NCBI GenBank assembly: GCA_000091205.1
Contig: AP006494.2
Direction: 5' to 3' (one strand)
Source of the DNA: Cyanidioschyzon merolae
Lineage: Eukaryota
Length of the DNA: 64,000 nucleotides
Both the position numbers and the translations under genes were made by a program. The notes under the pieces are model-generated. The model was not told the origin of the DNA. It saw only the letters and a program-made list of their open reading frames with translations, and did not search any database. Of this stretch, positions 9,683-22,209 are shown one piece after another. How positions within the stretch are numbered: position 1 is the first letter of the stretch; each line of letters opens with the position of its first letter.

Positions 9683-10882
9683 ATGGACACAACGATGCGC
9701 AGGGTGTGCTCGCGGTGGCAGCTGCTGGAGCACTGGCGGTACCTGCGAGGTCTCGGCGAGCGCGCTGCTGCGCCTCGTGACTGGCAACCGGGCCGAAACC
9801 AGTTCAGGTACCTCATTCGGGGACAGTCGCCTAATCATTTTAGTCCAAATCGGGTATACTGCACAAAACAAGCGGGAAACTCGGAGAATCATCTGCGACG
9901 GATAACCATACGCGACATTCAGAGAATGCATGAGGAGCGCGTCCCTATCTGCATGGTGACGGCATACAGCTATCCACAGGCACTGCATGCGGATCTCGCG
10001 GCGGTGGACATCGTTCTGGTCGGTGACTCTTTAGCCATGGTCGAACTGGGACATGATACGACTCAGTTTGTGACCCTGGACGACATGCTGCACCACTGTC
10101 GAGCGGTTGCGCGAGGATGCCGACGGGCGCTTCTCCTCGCGGATATGCCTTTTGGAACCTGTGAGACGTCCACTGCGGATGCACTCCGCAACGTTACCAG
10201 AATGATTCAAGAAGGACACGCGCACGGGGTAAAAATAGAAGGAGGTAAGCGCATGGCACCCGTCATTGAGGCCTGTGTGCATTCACTAGGTGTTGCGGTA
10301 ATGGGTCACGTTGGGCTGCGGCCGCAGAGCTACAGCGCTCGGGGTGGATTTCGAGCCTTTGGTACGAACGCTAGCGAAGCAGCGGAGCTTCTGGAAGATG
10401 CACTGGCATTGCAGGAAGCAGGCGCTTTTGCCCTGGTGCTGGAGTGCGTGCCTGCGCGTCTCGCGACTGCAGTAACAACGGCGTTGCGTATTCCAACCAT
10501 TGGCATTGGCGCAGGTGGCGGTACCAGTGGCCAAGTTTTGGTGTATCATGATTTATGTGGGATGATGACCCACCCACATCATGCCAAAGTAACGCCCAAG
10601 TTTTGCAAACGCTTCGCGGAAGCTGGTGCGGAGATTCATCGTGGGTTAGTCGACTATCGAACAGCGGTGAAGCAGCGTCGTTTTCCAACTGCTTCGTACG
10701 CGCCTTATCAGCTTCCTGATGCAGAATGGGAGCGTTTCGGACGATTATTTGAGCAACTCACAGGGCAGGGTCTGCAGTCGATAAGTGCGCCGGAAGATGC
10801 ACAGACGGAGCGGCTTGACCCGAAGCATCCGTTAAGCAAAGATACCTCCACAGACGAAACAGAATATCTCTATCGTAGCTGA
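9683..10882 (+). CDS. panB: 3-methyl-2-oxobutanoate hydroxymethyltransferase (ketopantoate hydroxymethyltransferase, PanB), probably with an N-terminal mitochondrial presequence
   Basis: ICMVTAYSYPQA...LVGDSLAMVELGHDTTQFVTLDDMLHH...LLLADMPFGT...VKIEGG...GHVGLRPQS...ALVLECVP...IPTIGIGAG...GQVLVYHDL matches PanB nearly motif for motif (E. coli ITAYDYSFA...[21 protein letters not shown]...LLLADLPFMAY...VKIEGG...GHLGLTPQS...LLVLECVP...IPVIGIGAG). Confidence 0.9.
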   Translation: MDTTMRRVCSRWQLLEHWRYLRGLGERAAAPRDWQPGRNQFRYLIRGQSPNHFSPNRVYCTKQAGNSENHLRRITIRDIQRMHEERVPICMVTAYSYPQALHADLAAVDIVLVGDSLAMVELGHDTTQFVTLDDMLHHCRAVARGCRRALLLADMPFGTCETSTADALRNVTRMIQEGHAHGVKIEGGKRMAPVIEACVHSLGVAVMGHVGLRPQSYSARGGFRAFGTNASEAAELLEDALALQEAGAFALVLECVPARLATAVTTALRIPTIGIGAGGGTSGQVLVYHDLCGMMTHPHHAKVTPKFCKRFAEAGAEIHRGLVDYRTAVKQRRFPTASYAPYQLPDAEWERFGRLFEQLTGQGLQSISAPEDAQTERLDPKHPLSKDTSTDETEYLYRS

Positions 10883-12116
10883 AAAATGGTTGAAAGCACT
10901 CGAGGCGCCGCCTTCGTCAGTGCAAACGGATCATCTCGATGAGCAGTTGGCGCAAACCATTCCCGCATGGATTGAATTCACGTTTAGGCCTCATCTGGAC
11001 CGGGCTGTAGCGACATGTCCATGGATCCTCGCTATTCCGTCCCAGAGGCTGCAGTATGCGGCCATGGACCGTGTCCTTCCCGAAACGAAGACACGCACTG
11101 TGTGTTTCCCACACGAGCAGAGAAATCCCTGGCGATGGCGGGTCCCGGCTTGGAATCGTACACGAACGTTGACGTGAATGATATCAGTGAAGGAAATCGT
11201 GTGACGTCAGAGGCCATGTGACCGCTGCATCGTTCGTATTTGCCGACGTTCGACGCTTGCTGCGGCTCCGGTCAAGGCATACTGAGAGCAATGAAACCAA
11301 CCGCTATCTCGGCGACGCCCGAGCAACTGCAGCCTGCAGTTCATCCTGGGCGATACCCTAGTCGCGCACCAGGCATCACCGTTTACCTGGTTCCTTCCCG
11401 ACAACAGCTCATGGTGTGCAGCTTCTAGAAATACGGTATTTCGGATGGGCTGCCTCGATAACGTCAAGATGAACAGAATCTGTGTGCTGTAAAGTTCGTA
11501 GATTCACGTCAGTCTTTTGGACGGAACACTATGATGGATATTTCCCTGATGGATGGTTCCTGACTCCCATTCGCAGCTACAGCAGCAGCAGATGCACGGA
11601 GAAGAGTGCTCGCTTGGGGGATACTTTGGATGTTGACAGCCAGCCAGTCAGCGTTCCGTGCCTCTGGACACAACCAAACGCTATGGATATTGTTAACTGT
11701 GACTCTGAGGTACTGCTTGCATGACCAGGTTTCAGGCACGCACGAGGCACCTATTGCATCCTTTCGGTTGCGAGAAGCACGCCGAGAAGAAGCGAACGCT
11801 CTTCGACGACCTGCCGAAGGCCGCTGCCTCATATCCGAAGCTCGCCTCGTCGCTGTGCGCTTGAAAAACGGCGTATGGACTTTTGACGCAGCAGTTTACG
11901 CGGCCGCTCGTTCCGAAACAAAGACTTTTGTTCGTTTGCGTGCTTTATCTGAGGGTAAGCTGGAGCAAGTACAGACGCGAGAGCAACTCCAAGCAGAACG
12001 ACTGTTCAGGGTCGGAAGCCCACAAGTCGGCTAGACGCCGACTCGCCCCAAGTCAGTTGGCGAGTTCGAGGCTCTTGCCCAAAGCACTAGCAGCACGTCG
12101 CCCAATTGTCTAGAGA

Positions 12117-13250
12117 ATGTCTGCACCGACGATGGAACGCGATGTGCCTGACGTGTGCGGAGAGTGCGGAAGTACGGATCTCGTCGAGGACACCAAGAAC
12201 GGGGACCTCGTCTGCGCCCAGTGCGGTGTTGTCGCTGCCGAGCTGCTCATCGACCTGGGCCACGAGTGGCGAACTTTCGAAAACGACGATTCGGCATACG
12301 ATCCGAATCGAGTCGGTGGGAGCATAAATCCCCTGCTAGACAGTGGCCTCGCCACCTCAATCTCACAAGGACCGGCCGGTGCCAATGCCCTGAACGAGCG
12401 TCTAGCTCGAGCGCAGTCACGAAACGTGCTTGATGCGAACGACCGCTATGTCACGGAGTGTTATAACCGAATCTCTTACCTGTGCGAGCGCTCTGGCCTA
12501 CCGCAGCTCGTGAAGGATCGTGCTTGCGAGCTCCTCAGACTCTACTACGATCACCTGACGTTAGGTGCAGACGGGGTGCGAGCTCGTGCTCGTTTTCGTG
12601 AGGACGAAACCGCCTCAATTATCTCTGCAGCACTGTTTATCGCCTGTCGCAATGAAGGCTTTCCACGCACCTTCAATGAAATCTCGGTCATCGTATCTGT
12701 CGCCAAGTCTCGCGTTGCGGCATACGTGAAGGCAATGGAGATGTCGATTGGCGAGGCAGCCAAAATCAGTCGGATTCGCACCACAGACGACTTTGTCTCC
12801 CGTTTCTGCTCCTATTTAGAGATCCCGAACATCGTGCGCTCCCTCGTGAATCAGGTCGCACGGGCAGCAGCTGAAAAAGATGGCATTCATGGTCGAACAC
12901 TGGTATCGATTGCGGCTGGTGCCATCTATTTCGTCCTGTTGTTATGGCGGGAGACGTGCCCACAGAGCATTCCAGCAACGTTGCGAGTGAGCGATGAAGC
13001 GCTCGTGAACCGAATCGCTGAAGTTTCAGGTATAACAGAGGGTGTTGTGAAGACGGTTGCGAGTCGAATTCGGCAGTACCGGGATCGGGGTCTGCTGCCC
13101 CCGGACTGGGTCCGTCGCTTCCCGTCGAGGCTTGAGCCAGAGCTTCCGACGTCTTCGTCTGAGCGACAAGATCCCACGGGGAACGAGCTAATTCATGAAC
13201 AGTCGGCACCAACGGTGTCATCGAAACGTCCACGTCAGGGAAGCCACTGA
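12117..13250 (+). CDS. TFIIB: Transcription initiation factor IIB (TFIIB)
   Basis: It has the N-terminal zinc ribbon CGECGSTDLVEDTKNGDLVCAQCGVVAAELLIDLGHEWRTF (human [41 protein letters not shown]). The B-linker DPNRVGGSINPLL and the cyclin-fold residues ALFIACRNEGFPRTFNEI, TDDFVSRFCSYL and SIAAGAIY are also present. Confidence 0.9.
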   Translation: MSAPTMERDVPDVCGECGSTDLVEDTKNGDLVCAQCGVVAAELLIDLGHEWRTFENDDSAYDPNRVGGSINPLLDSGLATSISQGPAGANALNERLARAQSRNVLDANDRYVTECYNRISYLCERSGLPQLVKDRACELLRLYYDHLTLGADGVRARARFREDETASIISAALFIACRNEGFPRTFNEISVIVSVAKSRVAAYVKAMEMSIGEAAKISRIRTTDDFVSRFCSYLEIPNIVRSLVNQVARAAAEKDGIHGRTLVSIAAGAIYFVLLLWRETCPQSIPATLRVSDEALVNRIAEVSGITEGVVKTVASRIRQYRDRGLLPPDWVRRFPSRLEPELPTSSSERQDPTGNELIHEQSAPTVSSKRPRQGSH

Positions 13251-16200
13251 TTCTGTGCGGAAACGCACCAGGTCATCGGAGGTCCGTCGAGCATCTCACG
13301 ATCGACTGCGTTGCTTCGTGGTACTGGATGCAACCCCGATTCAGCGCGAAGCGTGCTTTTCTGCGAGTCTATGGCACTATGAACTGGTCTTTGTTCGCGC
13401 CTGACTCGAATGGTTTTATGTGCCGAGCGTTGCGTGATTCGAAGGAATCCACGGATGCGGAGACTGTCTGCTTGGACCCGGTGATCGAGGCGGATCAGCC
13501 TCGCACGCTCGGAACAAAACCTATGCAGCTGCAAAAGGTCGCGATTCCGTTTCCAAACCTATTTGGGACCAGTGAATCTTTTGGGAACAGGAACTTGGAG
13601 CCAAACCGCTCCGACCACGAAGCAATTGGTCCGCATGTATCCGTATGGAATACAACGGAAACATTGATTCGAAATTCACGTGGATTTTCCTCGCGCGGCT
13701 ACGGCGGCGAGCACAAGGTACCAGCGCTGGCGATGACACAATCGAGTTTTGAATCGAGATCTGCCTCGATCATATAGAGCGTATGTTCCTGGGACTAGAA
13801 CTACAGCTTGAGACCAAGCGGGGCTTTTTTCTGCGTTGCTGATGCGCCCTTCAACGTTTGTTTTCGATTGACAAGAGCGGTGGTGGAGGGATTGATGCAG
13901 GGCAGCCTCGGGCACGACCATGAAGCTCAGATTTTGCAACCGCCAAAATATGCGATGGTTTCCCTCTCTATGCATTGAGGTCGTCTGCAACGCCGCTTAG
14001 TACCTGATGCTATGGAGGATGTGGATAATGAAGCGATGATCAGTAGCAGCTACTGCTTTGGAATCATTTCCCTGAGTGGGCGAAACAATGTAGCTGCTTT
14101 GAACATCAAGCAGCAGATATAGAGAGCATTTTTTGTTCTCTGCAACTATACGTCCTAAACGACGTGCATACCGAATGCGCACAACGATGTCTTGCCAAGC
14201 GAGGTAAGCTTTGCTGCGTGCATCTCGAAAGACGATCTGACATTGCTCCGTCCGGAAAGTTCACCGGAGCGTTCGCGCGAGTCGCTCCCGTCCTCCAGCA
14301 TGCTATTGTGCGCATCCAACTCTCGCAATAAAAACGATCCAACACAAACTGCTGAATAAGCAGGCATCCGTTTTCATCCTGAGCATGGCCGAGAAACAAC
14401 ACGGATCTGTAGTCACGCCGCGGAGGCCGAGCATGCCACGAGTTCGTCTCCAGCGAGGAGCAAACACACAATGCTCGGCGATATCAACGCTTCGCATGTG
14501 ACAATTCCTTCAAACAAAATTGCCATATAACAGCACCATCCCCTGTAGAGCAGACCGCTGTACTCCGTATTTCGCCACGTCAGCCGACAAAGCTGTCTAC
14601 CCCAAAGAGCAGGGCAAGAGTTCCGTACTGGTGCGAGCCATATGTTCCGACACACAGAGCCGACCTTGGTCAGGGGAGCGCAGCGTCCGAACACGTACGT
14701 TATCTGGTCCAGTTTTGAACAAGCTGGGAAGCGAGGTTCTTGGCTGCTCAGGAGCAACTATGTCGCTCTGACTTGTTTACACCCAGAGACGCGTTCGCCC
14801 CTATGACGGGCAGCCTAGGTGGCGTCAACACTCATGAGCGTCCCGACGTCAAGGCAGACGAGGCCAGCAACCGCAACACGACCCCGACTCGAAGTCTGCA
14901 AAAGATCTTGGATTGTATCCCCGGATGATATACCCCCGAAGCTCGTTTTCTGGTCACTAGCATGTCCGGCAATACCCGGAGCTGTGAGTCCCGAACAAGT
15001 GCACCAACACGCCTTTTTTGCTTTCCGTATATTTCTCTCGTCAGTACTCGATAACAGGAATGTTTTCTGTAGACTGGAGAAAGCTTGGGGAAAGGCTTTG
15101 TGCCGGCACTTGTATCTGGCGAAATGAACTATCTTCCAAGTACAGCGCAATCTCATTCGACAGTGAGCGAGCGGGGATGAACTAGCGTTCTCCCAGTCCG
15201 TCTGACGACCGTCGTGCACTAAGAACTGAACTTCATCAAACGCCATCCGCTCAACCGTCTGCTTGTCAATGCATTGCACTGCATATTATCTCGAAGAAAT
15301 GCTGTCGTGGGATGCATAGGATGAAAAGTCTTCGTACTGTTGATATCAGCGGCAGTGAAGCGAGACGCACGGACAAAGAAACCGGTATGCACGTATGGAG
15401 AACCGACTCGGATTGAACTCCTTACAATCGATTTCGTACAGAAACGCGAACGCCTACTTCAAAAGCGACGGGTGTTCTTCGCACTCGATGAGACCGAATT
15501 CGGGCGGCATGGTCGACCTGAATACTGGTCATCAAGAGTAGGCAAGATTCTGTCTAGAAAGAAGAGAAACATGCCCGAATCACGAGTACATCAGCGCTGG
15601 CGGCGACGCAATCTCGTGGTCGCCCAAACATCGCCAAAACAGTACGGGATCCTTCAACAACCCATGCTTCATCAAACCACTTCAAGTGACCTCCTTCTCC
15701 TACTCCTGTCTCCTGCTCTTACATAACATCACTTTCCATCGCTCGACAGAGGTCAAGGAGCACGAAGCTGCGACTGAAGCTGAGCAGCTCTTCGGACGAA
15801 CCCATTCTGCCATGTTCATTCCAGTCTCAGGCGTCTTCTCTGTTGTCAAACACCATGTTTACGCTCACAAATCCATAGACGAGTCATTCGCATCCGTGCC
15901 ACCGAAACATGCGAAACACCATGAGGGATCATGAAGCTTCTCTCTGGAAACAAAAGTCTCGACCAGCCTCTCCCGCGATGTCGCACCTCGTCCAGCAACT
16001 GTTCGTAAGACGTCCATAGGAACGCTGTCAGCTGTCAAGATTTTTCATGAATTTTTATCAAGCAAACGGTCATACGATAACACAGCCGATGCTCGGGACA
16101 GAAGATGCGATACGACCGGATTACTGGATCCGAGACTTGCACATACGCTTCCCAGCGTATTTTGACACGTCGCCTCGCCACTTCAGCGATCGGATGATAT

Positions 16201-18177
16201 CCAGCACAGGTGCCAGAACGCATGAAACGAACCGCAGAACCCGAGTTCCTGTGCAGGTCAATGTCGAACACGTCAATGAATGCACGCTGTTGGCGTTGCG
16301 CCCTAATCTCACTGGCCCAGAAAAGTGCGGTCCGCTCGTGGTGATTCTCGGGGCGTCCATGGAGGTAAACGACGACGACCTGTCTGCAGAAGACATCGAG
16401 GCGGCAGCGAGTTCGGAGGCGCGTTAGCCGCCACGAAAGCAGGACGGCACTTCAGATCATCCGAGCACAGGGTGTTGCCGGCAACCGAGGAACTCTGAGC
16501 ACTGCATCCAGAGGATGGTGGAAATCTGATGCCTGCCTTGCTTGCATGTTGTATCCATGCGGTTACCCAGAACAGTGCCTTCCAGGGCAAAGCAGACACC
16601 CTCGTTGAATCTGAGCGCCGCGAGCCTCGTCAGCGGCCTAGGCAATGTGATCTCCATATCATGCCTCAAGGCCTGGTTTATCACGATAGACACGTCTGTA
16701 CTGCACTGAACCGCTTCCTAAATGATACACGGCTGGTCTCTGCGAGCAATTGTGGACCATTCGAAGAACTCTGCACAGAGCATTGGCGGCGCTTTTTCAA
16801 GCTTTCTCGCTTCCAGAGGAAAATTGAAAGCAGGTTAGAGCATTCATGGAGACGGGCGCTATATCCATCGGCATACACCTCGTGAAACCTCGCTCTGAGT
16901 CGAGCAATGAGACTCATTGTGAACCGTGCAAGGTAGATGACGAAAAGGACAGCGTGGCGGTCCGTCGATCCTGGGCTGAAGAATATCGCGACCGTCGCCG
17001 TGCCCCGAGAGCAAGTGGACTCTATCAAAAGGCCTGAACCGAACGCGGATGAAGATGTTCAGCTTTTCCCAGCGCTCGAGTATCATGGATAGACGAGCGT
17101 GATAAACGCCCGGAGGCATGCTAGCAACGAAAATTCTGGTGTCATGACCCATTTCGACGCTCTGAGAAACGTATCGACCAGAGGGAATGCAATGTACGCT
17201 TCATTCCGAGCGCACATGTGCGTCCAAATGGCTCATGCAGACGATCCTTGGCACAAGTACATGAGACAGCGCTGGCGCTGCCGATGCTTTCCACTGCACC
17301 GAAGCAAGAAGCATGCTTTCGCCATCTTCAATGCGTTTTGGAAAGAAATGACTGACAAGCGGCGTTATTTGGCGGCGGTCCGTGGTGCTGACCGATATTT
17401 AGGGCGCCGAGGCCGCATTTCTGCTTCCTAGACGAGAGCGTGGAACGACTGCGGGAATCGATTCTGCCAGATTCCTATCGATGCGTTCAGCACGACATGA
17501 ACGCAACACCAGCACGGGTGCACACTGAAACTGGTAGAGGAGAAGCCGGTGAAACCGACCTGCATGCACAAGATGGTGTACAAGAAGCTGAATGAACGTA
17601 CGATCGCGAGGCAATGAAACCTGGGATTCTCCGCACGGTGCGATGCCACCTGCAATACCGCGAGCAAGCACTTCCTACAAAAGAGACCTGAACACCTTGA
17701 CGAATATTTGGAAGTAGCTCGTACTTCAGAAGCATCCAGTGGTTTTCTACCGAGCGAAATTTCGAAGGAATGTCTTGTACTAAGTGTGAGCACTGTGGTG
17801 AAATGCTGAAGACTTTCGCTGAAAGAAACGCCGTGGCCTGGAGACGTGGGATCGGATTCTCGACTCGAGCAAGGAACTCATATGGTGCAGTGCAGCAACC
17901 ATGAAAAGCTGGATTGCCGTGAATATCCCCCGGGAACGTTTCTTCTGCGCAATACGTGGACAATCACTATGTTCGATTATTCCATCATTCCGAGTATGCA
18001 TTGGAAGCGTTTCTGACAAGTAGAGGCGGCGCTGCAGCGCAGCAGATCGCTGCATGTGTTGCGCTCAGTGCAATGCGATGCTACAACACCGCAGCGTATC
18101 CGGCACCCGTGAAACGCGGTGGTGCATAGACGGGATCACTTGCTTAAATTCACTCACGAACGAAAGCAAAGTCTTTT

Positions 18178-19434
18178 TTGTTTGTAGAGAAGGCTTCCCT
18201 GCACATAACGATGCCGGGCTCCGATTCAGTGTCAGCCACTTTGTACGGCTTGGGCGGCAGCTCGACGATCCAGCTGTCGAAAGGTCACCCGAACCCGCGC
18301 CTTTTGCCACTGAGCGCTGTATACGAGGCGTTTGGTCAGTCTCGCGTACGGCCAGACGCTGAAGTGAGCCATCTTCAGTACGGTGCCCCGCAGGGTCCGC
18401 TCGCACTGCGTGAGCAGATCGCTCTCCTGCTGCACAGCGAGACAGGCTCGAGCACCGCTACCCCGGAGAACCTGATGATCACCAACGGCAGCGGACAGGC
18501 TCTCGATATGGTCTGCTCCGTGCTTTTATCACCGGGAGATTTGGTCGTTGTCGAAGACCCGTCCTACTTTTTGGCGTTCTATACGTTCCGGGACTACCGT
18601 CTGAACGTTGTCGGCATTCCGGTGGATGCATTCGGCATGCAAGTCGCTTTACTGGAGCAGCGACTGTCGGAAGATCCCACGTTTCGACCAGCGCTCGTAT
18701 ACACGATACCTATCTGTCAGAATCCCACCGGCATGACCATGTCCAGAGACCGAATGCGGCGCCTGGTGGAGCTCTCGCGTCAGTATTGCTTCAAGATCGC
18801 TAGCGATGAAGTGTATCTGCTCCTCAGCTTTAATAGCGACGAACAGCCGCTATCTCTGCGCGCTTTTGACGATGCAAACCAACCCACTGTGATCGCCATG
18901 AACTCGTTCAGCAAAATACTGGGACCTGGCGTGCGCCTTGGATGGATCGACGCTCATCCACGGTATATAGAGCGGTTTCTGCAAACCGGTCTGTTGCTGA
19001 GCGGTGGTGGACTCAACCCCTTCATGTCTGCGATCGCCACGGAGTTGTTACGATCGGGGTTCCAACGAGAGCACATCCATCGTCTGCGAGCAGCTTATGC
19101 TGCAGCGTGCAAACAGCTCTGCGACAGTCTTGATGATCATCTGGCAAAGCATCCGAAGTTGAGAATCAAGTACCAGCGACCCAGGGGTGGTTTCTTTGTC
19201 TGGATAGAGCTGCCATCCGAAATTGACGCAGCTGCGTTCCTCGAGTATTGTGTTCATGAGCACGGCGTGAGTTTCTTTGAGGGCATACGTTTCACCACGG
19301 ACACGAGCCATCATCGCAGTGCCTTACGCCTGAGCTTCTCCTGGCTGGAGCCACATGAGTTGGCCGAGGGTGCAAAACGCCTCGTAGAGGCACTCGCTGC
19401 GTATTCGCAAAGACGCCACGGTCCAGCGATCTGA
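18178..19434 (+). CDS. PLP-dependent aminotransferase, class I/II (AAT-fold)
   Basis: Class I/II aminotransferase motifs are present: NPTGMTMSRDRMRRLVELSRQYCFKIASDEVY and the lysine-containing motif NSFSKILGPGVRLGWI. Overall length is 418 aa. Confidence 0.8.
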   Translation: MFVEKASLHITMPGSDSVSATLYGLGGSSTIQLSKGHPNPRLLPLSAVYEAFGQSRVRPDAEVSHLQYGAPQGPLALREQIALLLHSETGSSTATPENLMITNGSGQALDMVCSVLLSPGDLVVVEDPSYFLAFYTFRDYRLNVVGIPVDAFGMQVALLEQRLSEDPTFRPALVYTIPICQNPTGMTMSRDRMRRLVELSRQYCFKIASDEVYLLLSFNSDEQPLSLRAFDDANQPTVIAMNSFSKILGPGVRLGWIDAHPRYIERFLQTGLLLSGGGLNPFMSAIATELLRSGFQREHIHRLRAAYAAACKQLCDSLDDHLAKHPKLRIKYQRPRGGFFVWIELPSEIDAAAFLEYCVHEHGVSFFEGIRFTTDTSHHRSALRLSFSWLEPHELAEGAKRLVEALAAYSQRRHGPAI

Positions 19435-22209
19435 ACAGTAATGCGTCAAGCAACAGAGTCGTTGGCATGTGCGGCGCCAGGGCAACTTTTCAGGAAGACT
19501 GGAGTTTGCTCGAGGCGTCTGATGCTTTGGTCATGGGTCATCGGCATGGATGTAGGGGACTTGCGGAGTTGATGTATGCTCCAGTATGTCACAGAGATAT
19601 CGTGCCTGAGCTGCTGTATCGAGGCGTTTTGTTTGGGGGCCTGGCGGACGCCATCACCGAATCTCGTCGATCAGGCGCTGCTCTGACGGGGAGTCCTTGA
19701 GCAAAAGACGCTGGGGTTCCCCGCAAAGCCCCGATCCAAATCCATGTGGTTCCGCTTGGATTGGCGCACGGACTGGAGCTTCACGCTTGCATCGGAAAAG
19801 GACACTAGCTGAGGTATCGGATACACTGGCCTTGGTTCCGGCTGATGACCAATATGTGAATGCGTTTGATGGATCCAGTCGTTGCTGTGCGTGATCGTCG
19901 CACCGGACTGGGTGCTGGACGGCTCAAATTTGGAACAGTGGACGCGGTAACGCCGAGCGCCCTCAGTGGCGGCTTGTACCAGGTGCATCGTACGCAAAAG
20001 AACGGTCACAGTCGCACATGGGTACATTGCCGACGGCAGCGTCGTGAGATGGACACTGGGTCGGACGCTGCACCGACAACCGAGCGTCGAGTGCTTGCGA
20101 CTAGCGTCGCGAACAAGCCACTAGGGCCGAACCATAGACGAATGAAAGTACAGCACTTGTCCCGCAAGCGACGCATCTTGTTCGGAGTGTAGAAATGCTG
20201 GACCAAGGAGGACTGGCAGGACTGAACGGGTATCCGTTCTGGGCCATAGATATCGCGCCGTCGCGCACTAGCTTGGATGCGGGGAACAATAAAGATGTCG
20301 TTGTTCTAATACTCTACGCATTGAGCGGGACTTGAGTGCATGTGCGGATTTGATTTTTTGCCATAGTATCAAATTGCATACAATGGTACTCTCGGAGGCA
20401 ACACCAAGTCGTCAGACAATCGCGTCCGATGCAAGAAACACATGAGCTTGTTTGCATCCGCGTTCAGGATTGAGCAAGAATCCTTCGGAAATGCCAGCGA
20501 TGCGGTGTTTTCTCTGCCGGTTCTTGCCCATGCGTCGGAGAGCAAAGCATGCGTCGTATCCGTCAATGCCGATGGGTATCCTCACTGAAGCTCGGTTCTG
20601 ACCAAGCGCACACCTTGAGCATTCGTCCGCGTGCATCGAAGAGACCTCATCCCTGACATGGTTCTACGATACTCGTTTCTATGCCCGTGTGTGGGCTCGT
20701 TCACGTTACGGTATACTTGATATGCACAACGCGCAATCGTAACGCGAGTTGCATCCTCAGACCAGCACAGAGACCATGCGTTTTCTCCAGTTTGCGTTTT
20801 TCTGCGAAGAATGCAGACAGAGCGTAGGCTTAGCTTCCCGCAATCGAACGTACCGTGTCAGACGCAGCCATTATGGGTATATATCCGAGTACCTGCGAGC
20901 TGGCACACATCCCATCCCGCATTCCAGAGCACGTGGTCAACGCTGTGGCGGGCGTTTTTTTTTCAAACGCTAATCTCGCAATGGAGCCTTGCTGAAGCGT
21001 CGCCCTGGACGCACCGCACCCCAGGGGTTGCGTGATGTCGCCATAGGGCCTGCGAATGGACCATGAACTCCGTGGAAGGGGTGGGCGTTGTTGGTTTGCT
21101 CGGAACTGAACGTGATCATGCAATACGACGGATGCTCGCTTCAGTGCCGATCTGCATCACGCAACCGGGTATCGCTGGTCAGTGCTGATGATCCGTCGAT
21201 CGGAAAAACGGCTGGATAACTTTTTGCACACGCACCTGCGCTTTAGCACCGCGCTGCGACTGACGTGAACCAGGTCGTTATATACGCTGGCTACAGAGTG
21301 TACGTTTCTGCGCGTTTGCCCGGCACCATGACTTGCCGGGAAAATCCTCAACTGCTCTCGAGGACGCATCGCATGCGCCCTTACGGTTTCGCACTCACTT
21401 CGACATGCCGCGCAGAACTGCATCTTCTGGAGCAAGTCAAGCTCGAGTAGATACCTCACATGCGCATTCGTATCATCGGGAAAGCGCGATGCTCGCACCG
21501 CCTCCCTGACTAGCGAAGGCGCACGAGCACCGACTCCCTGCGACATCGTCCGCCGTACCACAGACGTGATGCGAACGATGAAGCGAAGCATATATCCAGC
21601 AGTCAGCTATTGCTCGAGCCGACGCCCTCCGCTGTATCGCAAAGCTCATGCGTCTCGGAACTGCGTCAGCACCAACGCAACAGGTGCTATCGCAGACGCT
21701 CACAGCAGGTACAGTGCACGACAGAGCACGGGCAATGGCCTGTATCTCCGATGGAAAATATGGATAGTGGAACTTGGACGTAACGCCTGCAACGATGGAC
21801 GCTTTCCCGAATGCCGATATCCATCGCACAAAAAACAAGAGTATGCCTATCAGGCGAAACGTTCTGTCAAGCGAAAAAAGAAACAGCCAGCTGTGGCGCG
21901 CAATCTCGCGACCTGCGTGCGCGTGCGCGACTCCGAGATGTGCACGGGAGGGTGCAGTGTATGCTTCAGCGCACCCGCCTCCGGTCAACGTTTCCGGGCG
22001 ACGCACTGGATGAGCTGCTTCACTACGAATCGGCAGCTCTCAAGCTGAACGGAATAGCACACCGTCGATACAGCAGCGCGTGCTGGTCAAGCGACGTATA
22101 CGGCTGCCTGAGAGCGGTGCTTGGAGTTTTGCACGCCTGCATCCTCCTCTAGCACAATAGACTTGAACCTTGAGCGTATCCAGCACCAGTCCGGCACTAG
22201 ACACGGCCG

